From assembly GCA_000146045.2 (NCBI GenBank), contig BK006934.2:498644-562643 (forward strand): DNA of 64,000 bases, written 5' to 3'. Each line of letters starts with the position of its first letter. The stretch's first letter is position 1. The DNA comes from TPA_inf: Saccharomyces. Lineage: Eukaryota. The notes beneath the pieces are model-generated. The model searched no databases. It saw nothing but the letters and a program-made list of their open reading frames with translations, and was not told the origin of the DNA. A program made the position numbers and the translations under genes. This document shows positions 26,749 to 40,098 of this stretch, one piece after another.

Positions 26749-29700
26749 ATGACAATTGCACACCACTGCATATTTTTGGTAATCTTGGCCTTTCTGGCAC
26801 TAATTAATGTGGCCTCAGGAGCCACAGAGGCGTGCTTACCAGCAGGCCAGAGGAAAAGTGGGATGAATATAAATTTTTACCAGTATTCATTGAAAGATTC
26901 CTCCACATATTCGAATGCAGCATATATGGCTTATGGATATGCCTCAAAAACCAAACTAGGTTCTGTCGGAGGACAAACTGATATTTCGATTGATTATAAT
27001 ATTCCCTGTGTTAGTTCATCAGGCACATTTCCTTGTCCTCAAGAAGATTCCTATGGAAACTGGGGATGCAAAGGAATGGGTGCTTGTTCTAATAGTCAAG
27101 GAATTGCATACTGGAGTACTGATTTATTTGGTTTCTATACTACCCCAACAAACGTAACCCTAGAAATGACAGGTTATTTTTTACCACCACAGACGGGTTC
27201 TTACACGTTTTCTTTTGCAACAGTAGATGATTCTGCAATTTTATCAGTCGGTGGTAGCATTGCGTTCGAATGTTGTGCACAAGAACAACCTCCCATCACG
27301 TCGACTAACTTCACAATCAATGGTATCAAGCCATGGGATGGAAGTCTCCCTGACAATATCACAGGGACTGTCTACATGTATGCAGGCTACTATTATCCGC
27401 TGAAGGTTGTTTACTCCAATGCCGTTTCCTGGGGCACGCTTCCAATTAGCGTGGAATTGCCTGATGGTACTACTGTTAGTGATAACTTTGAAGGGTACGT
27501 TTACTCTTTTGACGATGACCTAAGTCAGTCAAATTGTACTATCCCTGATCCTTCAATACATACTACTAGCACTATCACAACTACCACCGAGCCATGGACC
27601 GGTACTTTCACTTCTACATCCACTGAGATGACCACCATCACCGATACTAACGGTCAATTAACTGATGAAACTGTCATTGTCATCAGAACTCCAACAACAG
27701 CTAGCACCATCACAACTACCACCGAGCCATGGACCGGTACTTTCACCTCTACATCCACTGAGATGACTACTGTCACCGGTACCAACGGTCAACCAACTGA
27801 CGAAACTGTTATTGTCATTAGAACTCCAACTAGTGAGGGTTTGATTACTACAACTACCGAACCATGGACCGGTACTTTCACCTCTACATCCACTGAGATG
27901 ACTACTGTGACCGGTACCAACGGTCAACCAACTGACGAAACTGTTATTGTCATTAGAACTCCAACTAGTGAGGGTTTGATTACTACAACTACCGAACCAT
28001 GGACCGGTACTTTCACCTCTACATCCACTGAGGTTACCACCATCACTGGTACCAACGGTCAACCAACTGACGAAACCGTGATTGTCATTAGAACTCCAAC
28101 TAGTGAGGGTTTGATTACTACAACTACCGAACCATGGACCGGTACTTTCACCTCTACATCTACTGAGATGACTACTGTCACCGGTACCAACGGTCAACCA
28201 ACTGACGAAACTGTTATTGTTATCAGAACTCCAACCAGTGAAGGTCTAATCAGCACCACCACTGAACCATGGACTGGTACTTTCACCTCTACATCTACTG
28301 AGGTTACCACCATCACTGGTACCAACGGTCAACCAACTGACGAAACCGTGATTGTCATTAGAACTCCAACTAGTGAGGGTTTGATTACTACAACTACCGA
28401 ACCATGGACCGGAACTTTCACCTCTACATCCACTGAGATGACTACTGTGACCGGTACCAACGGTCAACCAACTGACGAAACTGTTATTGTCATTAGAACT
28501 CCAACTAGTGAGGGTTTGATTACTAGAACTACCGAACCATGGACTGGTACTTTCACTTCTACATCTACTGAGGTTACCACCATCACCGGTACCAACGGTC
28601 AACCAACTGACGAAACTGTTATTGTCATCAGAACTCCAACTACTGCCATCTCATCCAGTTTGTCATCTTCTTCAGGACAAATCACCAGCTCTATCACGTC
28701 TTCGCGTCCAATTATTACCCCATTCTATCCTAGCAATGGAACTTCTGTGATTTCCTCCTCAGTAATTTCTTCTTCAGTCACTTCTTCTCTAGTCACCTCT
28801 TCTTCATTCATTTCTTCCTCTGTCATTTCTTCTTCTACAACAACCTCCACTTCTATATTCTCTGAATCATCTACATCATCCGTCATTCCAACCAGTAGTT
28901 CCACCTCTGGTTCTTCTGAGAGCAAAACGAGTTCGGCTAGTTCTTCCTCTTCTTCCTCTTCTATCTCTTCTGAATCACCAAAGTCTCCTACAAATTCTTC
29001 TTCATCATTACCACCTGTTACCAGTGCGACAACAGGCCAGGAAACTGCTTCTTCATTACCACCTGCTACCACTACAAAAACGAGCGAACAAACCACTTTG
29101 GTTACCGTGACATCCTGCGAATCTCATGTGTGTACTGAATCCATCTCCTCTGCTATTGTTTCCACGGCCACCGTTACTGTTAGCGGCGTCACAACAGAGT
29201 ATACCACGTGGTGCCCTATTTCTACCACAGAGACAACAAAGCAAACCAAGGGGACAACAGAGCAAACCAAGGGGACAACAGAGCAAACCACAGAAACAAC
29301 AAAACAAACCACAGTAGTTACAATTTCTTCTTGTGAATCTGACATATGCTCTAAGACTGCTTCTCCAGCCATTGTGTCTACAAGCACTGCTACTATTAAC
29401 GGCGTTACCACAGAATACACAACATGGTGTCCTATTTCCACCACAGAATCGAAGCAACAAACTACGCTAGTTACTGTTACTTCCTGCGAATCTGGTGTGT
29501 GTTCCGAAACTACTTCACCTGCCATTGTTTCGACGGCCACGGCTACTGTGAATGATGTTGTTACGGTCTATCCTACATGGAGACCACAGACTACGAATGA
29601 ACAGTCTGTCAGCTCTAAAATGAACAGTGCTACCAGTGAGACAACTACCAATACTGGGGCTGCTGAGACAAAAACAGCAGTCACCTCTTCACTTTCAAGA

Positions 29701-29976
29701 TTCAATCACGCTGAAACACAGACAGCTTCCGCGACCGATGTGATTGGTCACAGCAGTAGTGTTGTTTCTGTATCCGAAACTGGCAACACCATGAGTCTAA
29801 CAAGTTCCGGGTTGAGCACTATGTCGCAACAGCCTCGTAGCACACCAGCAAGTAGCATGGTAGGATCTAGTACAGCTTCTTTAGAAATTTCAACGTATGC
29901 TGGCAGTGCCAACAGCTTACTGGCCGGTAGTGGTTTAAGTGTCTTCATTGCGTCCTTATTGCTGGCAATTATTTAA
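26749..29976 (+). CDS. FLO5: Flo5 flocculin, a lectin-like GPI-anchored cell-wall adhesin (YHR211W)
   Basis: 1075 aa beginning [49 protein letters not shown]-terminal PA14 mannose-binding domain, eight 45-aa tandem repeats, a Ser-rich stalk, three Cys-containing C-terminal repeats (TVTSCESxVC...[12 protein letters not shown]) and a hydrophobic GPI signal ([15 protein letters not shown]). Confidence 0.92.
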   Translation: MTIAHHCIFLVILAFLALINVASGATEACLPAGQRKSGMNINFYQYSLKDSSTYSNAAYMAYGYASKTKLGSVGGQTDISIDYNIPCVSSSGTFPCPQEDSYGNWGCKGMGACSNSQGIAYWSTDLFGFYTTPTNVTLEMTGYFLPPQTGSYTFSFATVDDSAILSVGGSIAFECCAQEQPPITSTNFTINGIKPWDGSLPDNITGTVYMYAGYYYPLKVVYSNAVSWGTLPISVELPDGTTVSDNFEGYVYSFDDDLSQSNCTIPDPSIHTTSTITTTTEPWTGTFTSTSTEMTTITDTNGQLTDETVIVIRTPTTASTITTTTEPWTGTFTSTSTEMTTVTGTNGQPTDETVIVIRTPTSEGLITTTTEPWTGTFTSTSTEMTTVTGTNGQPTDETVIVIRTPTSEGLITTTTEPWTGTFTSTSTEVTTITGTNGQPTDETVIVIRTPTSEGLITTTTEPWTGTFTSTSTEMTTVTGTNGQPTDETVIVIRTPTSEGLISTTTEPWTGTFTSTSTEVTTITGTNGQPTDETVIVIRTPTSEGLITTTTEPWTGTFTSTSTEMTTVTGTNGQPTDETVIVIRTPTSEGLITRTTEPWTGTFTSTSTEVTTITGTNGQPTDETVIVIRTPTTAISSSLSSSSGQITSSITSSRPIITPFYPSNGTSVISSSVISSSVTSSLVTSSSFISSSVISSSTTTSTSIFSESSTSSVIPTSSSTSGSSESKTSSASSSSSSSSISSESPKSPTNSSSSLPPVTSATTGQETASSLPPATTTKTSEQTTLVTVTSCESHVCTESISSAIVSTATVTVSGVTTEYTTWCPISTTETTKQTKGTTEQTKGTTEQTTETTKQTTVVTISSCESDICSKTASPAIVSTSTATINGVTTEYTTWCPISTTESKQQTTLVTVTSCESGVCSETTSPAIVSTATATVNDVVTVYPTWRPQTTNEQSVSSKMNSATSETTTNTGAAETKTAVTSSLSRFNHAETQTASATDVIGHSSSVVSVSETGNTMSLTSSGLSTMSQQPRSTPASSMVGSSTASLEISTYAGSANSLLAGSGLSVFIASLLLAII
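27565..28655 (+). repeat. FLO5: FLO5 internal tandem array of eight 135-bp (45-aa) units
   Basis: Eight near-identical units encoding ...[45 protein letters not shown]... Neighbouring units differ at only a few codons (EM/EV, TVTG/TITG). Confidence 0.9.
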
Positions 29977-32900
29977 TAAAATTCGCGTTCTTTTTACGTA
30001 TCTGTGTATCTTTTCTTTGCTAAATATACGCTGACATGAATTATTTTTTAACTGTTTCTTCTCCATACTTTCAAATATTCAAATTGAACTAAATGATAAT
30101 TCTTGCGCTTCCTATTTTGAAAAAGTAGATATGTGTATCATAAAGAAAACGTTACTATTATTGTCTTAGGCAACAAAAATCCATGAAAAGAATTTTACCG
30201 TTATCGATACCATTGTATTTATTTTATTTATTTATTTAATTTTTTTTTTTTTTGGTTTATATCCTGCAAACAACACTTCGAATTCAATTCGATATTTCAT
30301 AAGTTACAACTAACACTTATAGAAACCGATGTATGAGTACTTATTATTAACGAGGAAAAATGGCCTATTTTGTTTAGCAATTAATGAACCATCGCCAATT
30401 TTTGCTTTAACAATTATTGCCATTTTCAGTAGTACTAACGTAAGATCTAGTGTGGTTCGCTTAGGATGTTTTTGAGTAGAAATCTGCTTACATGCCACAC
30501 GCAGTACTTGAAACTTGAAATAATGGGGATAATTAGTTATTTAAAGTATGTGCTTGTTCTTTTATATTTATTTCGAATTCTTTTGCACTAGTATTTAAAA
30601 TATCAGCAGAGGCGTAAAAGTGCACCAAAATTATTGTAAAACTACTTGCCCTAAAATTGATACTTCATACTTGACATATTCAAAAGGGGTCCAAGTATAG
30701 ATGCATCAAAAAAAAAAAAAATTATCCGATGATGAGCAAATGGTAGCTTTTCGTTCCCCAGGAAGTGTAGTAGTTCCATGAAGTCTAATGAGACTTTGGA
30801 AAAAGGTTTGTCACGAGCACCGAACTACTGTATTTTGGAATTTTGATAAACTTCAAAACGGGAACGAAGTGTTAAACTTAGATGCGGTTGTTTTAAGCTT
30901 TAAAAGAGGAAAATAATGACTGGTGATAAGAAGTCAACAACGATTCAAAGCAGGTGAATTTCCATTACGTTTCGCTTTTCAATTGAAAAAAATTTGGTGG
31001 TTATTCGTTTCTTGCTTGACCTCTTCATTTTTTATACTTCTGTGATGAGAAGCAAGTTCGAGGATTTTACGATAAAGCCTACTGGTTATATTTGTATAAA
31101 TTAGAACGTTGTCCTTATTTCTCTTTTCGAACAGTATCAAAATAAAGTTTTTGATTAGGGCTAGATTCTCTTCAAGGAAGAGATACCTCACGTCTGTAAT
31201 ATCTAAGAGCTAATGTTTCGATCGAACTTTCCTTTGCTTTTTTTCTGGATCTCATAATGTCCCACTGTATGTATGTGCCCTCGCACAGCTTTGCTCATCA
31301 TAGACATTAATCATTGGTTGTATGATAAAAATATCGCAAGAATTATTCTAACGTTCAGATTAGATTCCAGCCATATTTCTGACATTTGTTTTATTAATAA
31401 AAATTTGGCGAATGTTTTGATAACTTGATAACTGCTGGTATTTCATTGTTGAAAAGGCATGATATTAGATGCACAAAGTATATTATAACTTATGATCAGA
31501 GATATAGGAACAAAAAAAAGGGAAAATTCATATCTATATGTGAAAATACCATTATTTCCTCTCCTGTTTAATATTCTGTCCTTAATTTTCATATTACATT
31601 ATCAACTTTTGCATTTCAGTGTCCATTAAATCTTGGGACCATTTTCTCAATCTTCATGTCGTCTTTTCACACCGTATATAATATACTGGTACTATAAGTA
31701 CTAGTCGATAGATCGCAGTTGAGTCTTATTCCAACAGTTAATGATTCACTGAGCTTTCTGTTGCTGTAGACTTTCTGAGGCATCGTCGCTCTCTTCTATG
31801 TGATGCTACAACGGAACTAGGCTTCTTATATATCGTGGTCCTACAAGATCTTGGTATCTCGTTTGCTTACTTTGAAGCTTCACTGATATATAGTATTTAA
31901 GCCACTTTTATGTTCATGGATAATCGTAATTGTACTACGCTGGTACCAGTTATGAACCCTATCAAATCATCATTGAACACTGCTATTTTTAACTAATCAA
32001 GATATGTATGCGGCGTACTTTATAATTTCACGACACTATTGAAAGCAAACTAAAAATCAAGTAAATACCTATCCAAGTTGCGGGCTCTGGATTTATGTGG
32101 CCTTAAATTTTCGACCTATGGTTCACTATTCAATACGAGAAAACCAAAATTAGGTACAAGTACTGATTGCGTTCGTGATTTGAAAAGCAGCGTTAAAAGA
32201 TTACAAGATTTTGCGTTTCCAGGCCGACACTTAACTTTAAGGTCTCGACTTGGTAACATGAGTTGCCAAAAGTTTTTTTCTCCTATCTGAATATGGGGAA
32301 CCGGAATCTGTCTTTGACCTGACTTTCAAATTGTTGCATATGTAAAAAAAAAACAGAAGAAATATTATCTTCTCCTTCTAGCGATGCAAAAGGATTCATT
32401 ACAAATCGTCGCAAAGGCTGACAAGTTGCAGTATATTCACATTGCTTATTTGAAGTACGTTTGTATACACATCGATAGTATTCATTAACACCACAACTGC
32501 TGTGTATACTATGTCAAACAGCACAATAAAGCCCGTCATTTTCGTACCCGCTCATTTCCAATAGGTATCTAAACTTACAAATGTGGTACACTACTTCGAA
32601 TTCATTAATCGATATTGAATGCTAAAAAGTCTGCGATTTCTTCCTCAACGTTCAAAAATCTCATCCAAGGCATAATCCCACATATTGAAGATCGCTACCA
32701 ATTGTTACAGGCGAACTGAAGTTTTGGAAATGAGCTTGTACTTAGTAAATTTCTCTTTGCTTGCATCTTTTTCTTCCATGCCAAAAAATAAAAGATACTC
32801 ATTTTAAAAACGCAGCCATATTGACTAAGTAAGTAATCATAATACTATGAGTAATTTTTGAGTACTGTGCTCATTTACTAGCTGCTTTTCTGAGAAAGAT

Positions 32901-32979
32901 CCTCGATAATCAATTCCAGGTTAGTGGGGCGCTTCTACGGCCTCTTCTAACCAATTGTTCCCCGTGAGTTGCTTTCTCT

Positions 32980-33200
32980 GAAAACCTTATTATACATTAG
33001 AGTTATAAGAAAATTTTCTTTTTCCCGTAGATTAACTTGCAGTGCCGAACTTCTAGATGTCACACCAGACCGTTTGACACCGCCATTTTCCTTCCTTTTC
33101 GGAAAAATGTGCCGATAAATGGTAAGACGCGACGCCACTGCTACGAATATTACGCTTATGATGAAGCAAAAGGAAAAAGCAAGTTCCCCTTAAATTCGTA
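32980..33200 (+). promoter_or_regulatory. Conserved flocculin upstream block, copy B, orphan
   Basis: Homologous to 26055-26295 and 39335-39595 (TTTCTTTTTCCCGTAGATTAACTTGCAGTGCC...GATGAAGCAAAAGGAAAAAGCAAGTTCCCCT). It lies 3 kb downstream of FLO5 and about 600 bp upstream of the decayed flocculin relic. Confidence 0.5.
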
Positions 33201-33789
33201 TAACTGTTTCATCAATCTTTAGTTCTGGCATTTGAAAGTTAATTAAACTTTTCTTCGTGGTTTCTACAGGAGTTCTGCATGTGCGTAATTCAAAGCCTGT
33301 GAAGGAAAAAGTATTGTCCTAAACAACGGTCGTAGAATACGTCAACTGTAGTTTAAAATATTTTCTGGCTCTACTCGGTGCGATAGGTCTGGCTCTTTTC
33401 TATTTACTTTTGTTTGGAGTTGTTGAGGCCGATACCCGTCTAGATGTAAATATGAAATAACAGTTCGAGGTTTTATTACGAGAATGAAAAGGGTAATGGA
33501 TTGGAGCATGTGTAAATGTCAATAGCAGAAAAAATTTACCGCAAATTGTTTCGTAGTCTTATCTTCATCGGACACTCAAGGGTTGCATAATTTTTACCCA
33601 AAGGAACAGTATACTTTTTTGATAAAAAAATCTTGTTACCTATACAGTATTGCAAGCATTTTCAGAAACTCGTCTTTTGAGTTCTAAATGCATCATACAA
33701 CAACAACAACAATTTCTTATTACTGTGTCCTTTTGGGATTTTTCAGCCTTCCTAGCTTACCCAAAATAGCCTCTCAAGGTGAAAAAACC

Positions 33790-34530
33790 ATGCCTGCAAG
33801 CGGATCTAAGGATGAGTAGCTAGATTACAATAAATCCTGAATTTTCTCTGAGTGTCAACTTTGTCATCGCTTGTTAAAGGGCTACTACGCTGAAAAAGAA
33901 CCTGAACTCTGTTAATAGGTTGAAGATTTTATGACTTGGTATACTATTCCATACGGCTGCTCTCCTGATTGCGGTGGGTCATTGCTATAACAGTAAAATC
34001 AAGGAAGATAACAGGAAGAGTAACTTTAGTACAATAAATCTGTTGTCTCCCGAGGATTATAATTGTTCGGCTTTCACACTAAGTTGAAAAGGGGGACTCA
34101 GGAAATGACAGGGTACGTTTTAGTTTCTCCAAATAAATCTTCCACACCCAGCTTCAATGTGGTAAACGGAGGAAAGTTGATTAATTGATGTTGGCACTTA
34201 TATTTAACTGATGTAGAGAAGAACAACATACTACTAACGTCACAGTCAATTGTGCCAGTTTTCCAATCAAGTATTTCGAGATAATGTAAAAGTAATTGAT
34301 ATATGTTCGTACTGGTTTCCCAATTTCCGGGAAAAACTATGTACATGGGTGCAATTCCTTGTGGTTATTTCCTTTTAGGTTATATTGCCAACCACATCAT
34401 AGTACTATTTGCGGTCACTTCAGAAGATATGTTTGCTCCTTTGATCATGATATAGACCAGGCCAACTGTACCGCTTCAGGCTTCAAAGCATTAGGAATAA
34501 GCACCACTATTACACAACCATAGAGCTACT
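33790..34530 (+). pseudogene. Highly decayed relic of a flocculin N-terminal (PA14) region
   Basis: The 75-aa ORF at 34296-34523 translates ...FRRYVCSFDHDIDQANCTASGFKALGISTTITQP. This aligns with FLO5 ...[36 protein letters not shown], the PA14-domain end through the start of the first repeat, at about 70% DNA identity over 34420-34530. Weaker similarity to the FLO start region (CATGCCTGC...GTCAACTTT) appears around 33800-33880. Multiple stops and frameshifts. Span and spacing mirror the FLO5 ATG-to-repeat distance. Confidence 0.5.
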
Positions 34531-37500
34531 CTTACTGTCACGTAGGTAAAACACTTGCTACTACACACACTCGTAGTGACTCATCTGACTATATTGCCGG
34601 TTGTTAAGAGGCACCAGTTAAGCACGCCATCAAGGGTACCGAATAATCTCTTCTGTATCAAGTATTCTACCTTTATGTCTGACCCACGTATTATGTGGAG
34701 CAATTACGTATTTTTCTCATATCAGCTTTGTTTTTACTCAACTTTGATATCTTAGAGAAACAGATCTTGATGTTACAGCAAGGTCAGGAAAATATTTTGA
34801 CAAAAACATACTAGTTTCATCCTTAGTAGTTGATTCTATGAATGCTGTACTTGAAAATATTGTTCATAAAATCCATAAGTTTTACCAACGGTATAATATC
34901 CTGCTATTAAATCTGCAATTGCTTTTGCGAAAAGAAGGAAAACATGCAAAACAAAAGCAAAAAAAAATTGGCACCCCAATTTCTTATAATATAATAATAT
35001 AACGGAAGTACACCATGCTTTCAATAATAAGATGTTTCCTGAAAAGGGCAACTATCTGACTAGTTCAGAGCCATGCAAAAGTTAAGGATGAAAATGCCAA
35101 ATAAGAAGATATTACGGAGTACATTCATTTCAAAAAGAAGAATGTATACTGCTTAGATAAGAAGATCAAGTTTTTATATTTCCGACCAAATAAGCCATCG
35201 AAAACTTTTGATGCACCAAACACCGTTCTTGAGAGCCAAGCACAGATGCAATTGTTCTGCCCTTCTTCCAAATTATGAATTGTGCATCATATCGTAAGGC
35301 CAGCCACATAAAAAAAAGGAGCAAAAAACTCAGTATACAGGCGAATATCCATCATACAGTCTAGCTGCCCTCACTACTTCCAAAAAAATGGGCTAGTGTT
35401 GTACGGTTTATGCCATATATCTAGAGTTAGCATAACTATGCACTACCGCTTTTCGAACAAAAAGTTTGCGAAACCTAGTTCATTGAATATGACTTACCCA
35501 AAATGGATACCAAGATCCTAATAATAAAGTCAATAACTTGAATTTTAGGTGCCATTATTTCCAACAATCATTATAGGCTAACTCTACCAGCAGACTAGAA
35601 TACCGTTCTTCTAGTTGAGCACATGGTCAAAATAGTCAATAAAAAACGCCCAGAAATGGCTGTAAATTAGTGTTTGTAGTACACAAAATAATTTCCTAAT
35701 TCCTTCCAAATGGGGTTTTCAAAAAGCTGACTCACGTAATTGATCAATACTTCACTAAAGAAGAATCATATGAATAAAACTAAAATCAACACTAACTGAG
35801 AGACTTAGCGGCCAAAGCTTAATCATCATTACATAGAGTATATGAAGGGAGTAAGTGAATATGCAAGGGTGGGAAACGGCAAAGCATTTTTATGCAAAAA
35901 GCGTATTTACAAATCCCGTAAACTCATGATGTGAATTTTGTAACCAGCTTTAGCTGAGATTATTTCTTTTGCAAAAGAAATATTCAATAAATTAACAATT
36001 TTCAAATAAATTACCAATCAATGGTCGATAACTTGCAAGAGAGATATCATCATTTGGCTTTTGTGATAAATTTACAAAACGTAATGTTGTATCGAGATAT
36101 ATTGAGTTACAAGTTTTCGTCTCTTTTTCCGAAGCGCCAGACTCCCGTATAAAAAATAAGGTTTATAGCGGGCATTATGCGTAGATCAGGACTTAAATTT
36201 TTCATTGCAGAAGTCCAATTTCAGACTCAGTATGGTTTGTTGTAGTGCTGGTGTAAAAGATGGTGTTATTACTTAAGACTGATTTGGTTGCTCAGGTATT
36301 TCATTCAATAAAATTGTGAAAGAGAACCTGGAATATAGAATGGAAATATATATCCTGCTACTAACCCCAATGGAAGGTGACGATCACTTCTTGTGCGTTC
36401 CAATCCCAGTTTTTGAATGTGCGAGTGGAAAAATTCTAGAGGAACAAATTGATATTTTCAAATCAGAATTCATCAAATATATGTACTCTGTAAAAACCAA
36501 GGATGTGATGAAGTTGAGATATTGTCTTTATGGGAAATTGACTTCTTTGTTTAATATGAATAATGCAATTTTACTCCTCAGCTCAAGTAGTGTAAAGATT
36601 CAGTAGCCGTCATCAAATAGACTAAAAATTAAAAAATAAGATTCAATGTGGTATGATAATGATAGATGAGAAGAAATTGCAAGAAAACGAATAAATACCT
36701 TGTCTCTTTGCACTGAATATCTTAAAGGACATACAGTCGCAATAACGTCTACTCATTGGTGTGTGTCAAAAACAGTACGTTTATTATCTGGACAGCCAAA
36801 AAATAAGATCTATTCAAACATGGAATATAGCGTATTTTTATTTAATCACGGTACAATGGAGATATTTGCATGCCTATAGAAACAAGTAATAGTTATCATA
36901 TTATTTTCTAGATTTTGTCACTGAACTTTTCCACTAATGAATCCTATCAAAATTATATATCCAATATGGCTGCATTCCCAACTAAATATTAAAATGCCGC
37001 TAAGTATAAAATGTCTCCGCATCGGTAAAAAGCATTACAAATGCGTATTATACTAGCGAGAAAAAAGTATAAGTATCAATGCCAATCACCCTCTGACCAT
37101 AAACTTTCTAAACATGAATAATAAAGGTGTTGAGAGTTATTATCCTAATTGATCAATTAATTTGAAGCAAAGTTATTATGTTAAAGAAAAAGGGATGTCA
37201 CAATCCTAACTATAATTTTTGCACTATACTCTGTAGGCGTACAAAATGGTTTGTACCGACTATATTCTCTTTATTTTTGACAATCCTTTACGATATATGA
37301 TTAAGAATACCATGTTATTTTTATGAAAATCTGTGATTTTTTTGTTTTCATACACTTTTTATTTTTGTCACGTAGTGCACTTTGATTAATACAAAAAAAA
37401 ATGCTGCAAAAGCATCGACTACATAAATTCATTAGGACGCATTCCTCATTACCACCTGGGTCTAATTTTTATTTTGAAATTGATATTATTCTTTATATGA

Positions 37501-39334
37501 TGAGGTAAAAAGCATTATATTCGTTGTAAACTCATATACTTATCCTCATTTTAGGCACCATCAGGGACTAAGGGCTAAAGTATCAGAGCCGCATTTCAAC
37601 AGTGTACAGAGATTTTAGAAACATTATCACGCACTGCCTTTTGCTTTGTTTACCCGTAATGAGTATACAGTGGATTTTCTGGTGCTAAAGCATATTGCCC
37701 TTTCGGCAATACTTGATGCCCTAAACATTTTCATCCTGGAACATACGAGTAAGAGCACATTTATGTGCCTATATTCCTCGTTTTTTACTGGTGCTGAATT
37801 TCTTATTTTCCACAGATAACAATCATGTTAATAAATTATGCACTGTGCTAATTTTTCAATTAAGGTTCTATTACCCCTCTATCACCGACAGAAACACGTA
37901 ATGATGTGTTATTTCCATTATAATTCCGTAAGAATGGTGTTTATAGGTAGTCTAAAGAACGTGCATCAGAGAAGAATGACTGTCGCAAAAAATGACTATT
38001 CTTTACCTTTTCAAACTTAACTGAGATAGTTATCTCTATTATTACCAGTGGCACACACGCGAACTACATCACTCACCACTATCGTCTTAGGAACTCAAGA
38101 TTTTATAGTAATGCAGCCGAAGACATTCAAGTCCTGAGAGAAAATGTAGACATTTTAAGAAAAGTACCGGAAATAAAGCACATGTAAAGCATTGAGCTCT
38201 GTACTCTATAAAAATTAGCTGCATTCAAACAACAATGTTTGAAATTTTTGCAAAAGTTATTGAAAAAGATTGCTGTTTTCAGCCTTGTTCAGATCATGTC
38301 TCAAAAATGAGAAACTGGAACTCTCATAATCAGTACCTCGTATTTTTTTTTCCTTATAGTTTCGTTATTAAAAATTTTTTTGCTGCTAATTTAAGTACGC
38401 TTTTGGTCATAAATGCTACCCACCAGTTGAATTATTGACATGATTAAAATACATTTCAGAACTTTACGGATTAAAAACTTTAAAGAACCTTTCAATCCAT
38501 GTTGCTGGAGGGCCATGAATCCACGAATTACAGCAAAAGAAGACAGTAACTACTTAGGGTTCAATAATTACTTGCATAAACACACACTAACAACCAAATC
38601 GTACTAAAATTTGCAATTAACAAAACTCCATCATATCACGCTGAATTATGTAGGGCTTCTTAATGCAATAGGTTGCCTGAATTTTGCTTACTCGTGCTGC
38701 CGGGAACACTTAGCAGTTGGGAGGCCGTTTCTCCCATATATTTCATAATTTTCTGTCCTTCTTAGAGTAGGATGCTGAAAATCAAAAGAAGACCGTCAAT
38801 AGGACCAGATTTTGTGGGTCAATTTTGGGCCAGACACATGATACCCTAGGAAGTTTAACGGTATACAACTCAAGGACGAGGAGTATTCGGAAACTACCGG
38901 TTTTTAACAAGCTGCAAATTTCCAGTAGCTGTTTTGGTTGCGACTACGGATAAAAATTCATACTTTAGGAAGTGAAGCAAGATAAAAAATCATGCTGCAT
39001 CCTAATTCGTGAAGTTTGTTAGGAATATTATTGTAAACAAGGAACCGTTTCAGTAAACTTGCTCTCTACTCTTCTAAGCTGTAATTTAAAAAAAGCGATA
39101 AAACAATGATTTTGATTATCTGCAACTTCTGGAAACTCGAGATACTACGCTAGACGAGATACCTATTAATTGTTTTCCTAAAAAATCAGGAACAGTTCCT
39201 GGCAGCTTTCGGCTCCTTCTTGTTCTGGAAAGGATCTTCAAATCCGCTTCCACGTAGCAGTCCTCGCTACGACTTCTTCTGAAGTATTTTGATTTTTGGC
39301 TGCATTTACCTTTTATTGCCGAAAATCTTATTTT

Positions 39335-39595
39335 CCAAGAAAAAAGCTTATTTTGCATTAAGTTTAAAAAATTTCTTCTTTCCCGTAGATTGACTTGCAG
39401 CGTCAAAATTCCGGAGGCCTCACGAGATTTTTTGACATCGGTTTTTGACATCTCTTTTTCCTTCCTTTTTCTTTCTTTTCCTGCGCACGCCGATAAAGAA
39501 GTAGTACAACAGACAACGTCAAAATGATCCTCTTGTGATGAAGCAAAAGAGGAAGAGTATACTCCTTTTCCGCTTGTACAAATATTTTTTTTGAT
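39335..39595 (+). promoter_or_regulatory. Conserved flocculin upstream block, copy C, at about -760 to -500 of the YHR213W-B/YHR213W pseudogene
   Basis: TTTCTTCTTTCCCGTAGATTGACTTGCAGCGTC...GATGAAGCAAAAGAGGAAGAGTATACTCCTTTTCCGCTTGTACAAATATTTTT, homologous to copies A and B. A dubious minus-strand ORF (39116-39610, YHR212C-like) overlaps it. Confidence 0.5.
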
Positions 39596-40098
39596 AATAA
39601 AATTTGGCACTTCAGAGCTTATCGTATCTTCTCCCGGAGTTCCTCAAGACTTATACTTCAGCCCGTTTAGGAATGCATAAAAGCAAATAGGATTCGTTAC
39701 AACTGCTGCAGGACTCTTTAGGACTGCATCAAGGTAAGCCTCGCTGCACCTAAACGCAAAATGTGGTTGTAACCTTTTTAATTTTTTTCTTGAACTTGTT
39801 GAGTCGTAATAAATCGTTTCTGGGAAGTGGAAGGTAATAATGTAATGGAATCGGCGTTACTCGCATGTGCAGATATCAGCGACAAAAAGTGTTGTAGGGA
39901 CGTTTCGATACCAAAATTTCCTAAATACAGCGCAGGAACATCACTACGCTAAACAAATCGTAGCGCATACATCTGATCGAAAAAAGACAGTTCCCAAAAC
40001 AATGACATATGAAGAGACCAGCATCAAAATTTTCATCATTAACAGCATGGCTAAAAGTTATTGTTTAATATACCCATACCTGATTGACGAACCAAGAA

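Noticed and set aside
27565-28655. Whether the FLO5 and Y' repeat arrays could be CRISPR-like repeat-spacer arrays.
   Set aside because: This is a eukaryotic nuclear sequence. The repeats are contiguous and in frame (135 bp and 36 bp) with no unique spacers, and they encode protein repeats.
27658-29540. Long minus-strand ORFs inside FLO5 (27658-28197, 28246-28602, 28725-29096, 29056-29460, 29124-29540).
   Set aside because: They are artefacts of the stop-poor repetitive Ser/Thr-coding sequence. They have no start context or independent features and lie entirely antisense to an intact, well-supported gene.
39116-39610. The 164-aa minus-strand ORF (YHR212C-like), and the similar 63-aa ORF at 32947-33138.
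   Set aside because: Both lie inside the copies of the conserved FLO upstream block. Their similarity to each other (LQVNLRE...NFL) is a by-product of the DNA repeat, and they have low-complexity K/R-rich composition, so they are most likely non-coding.
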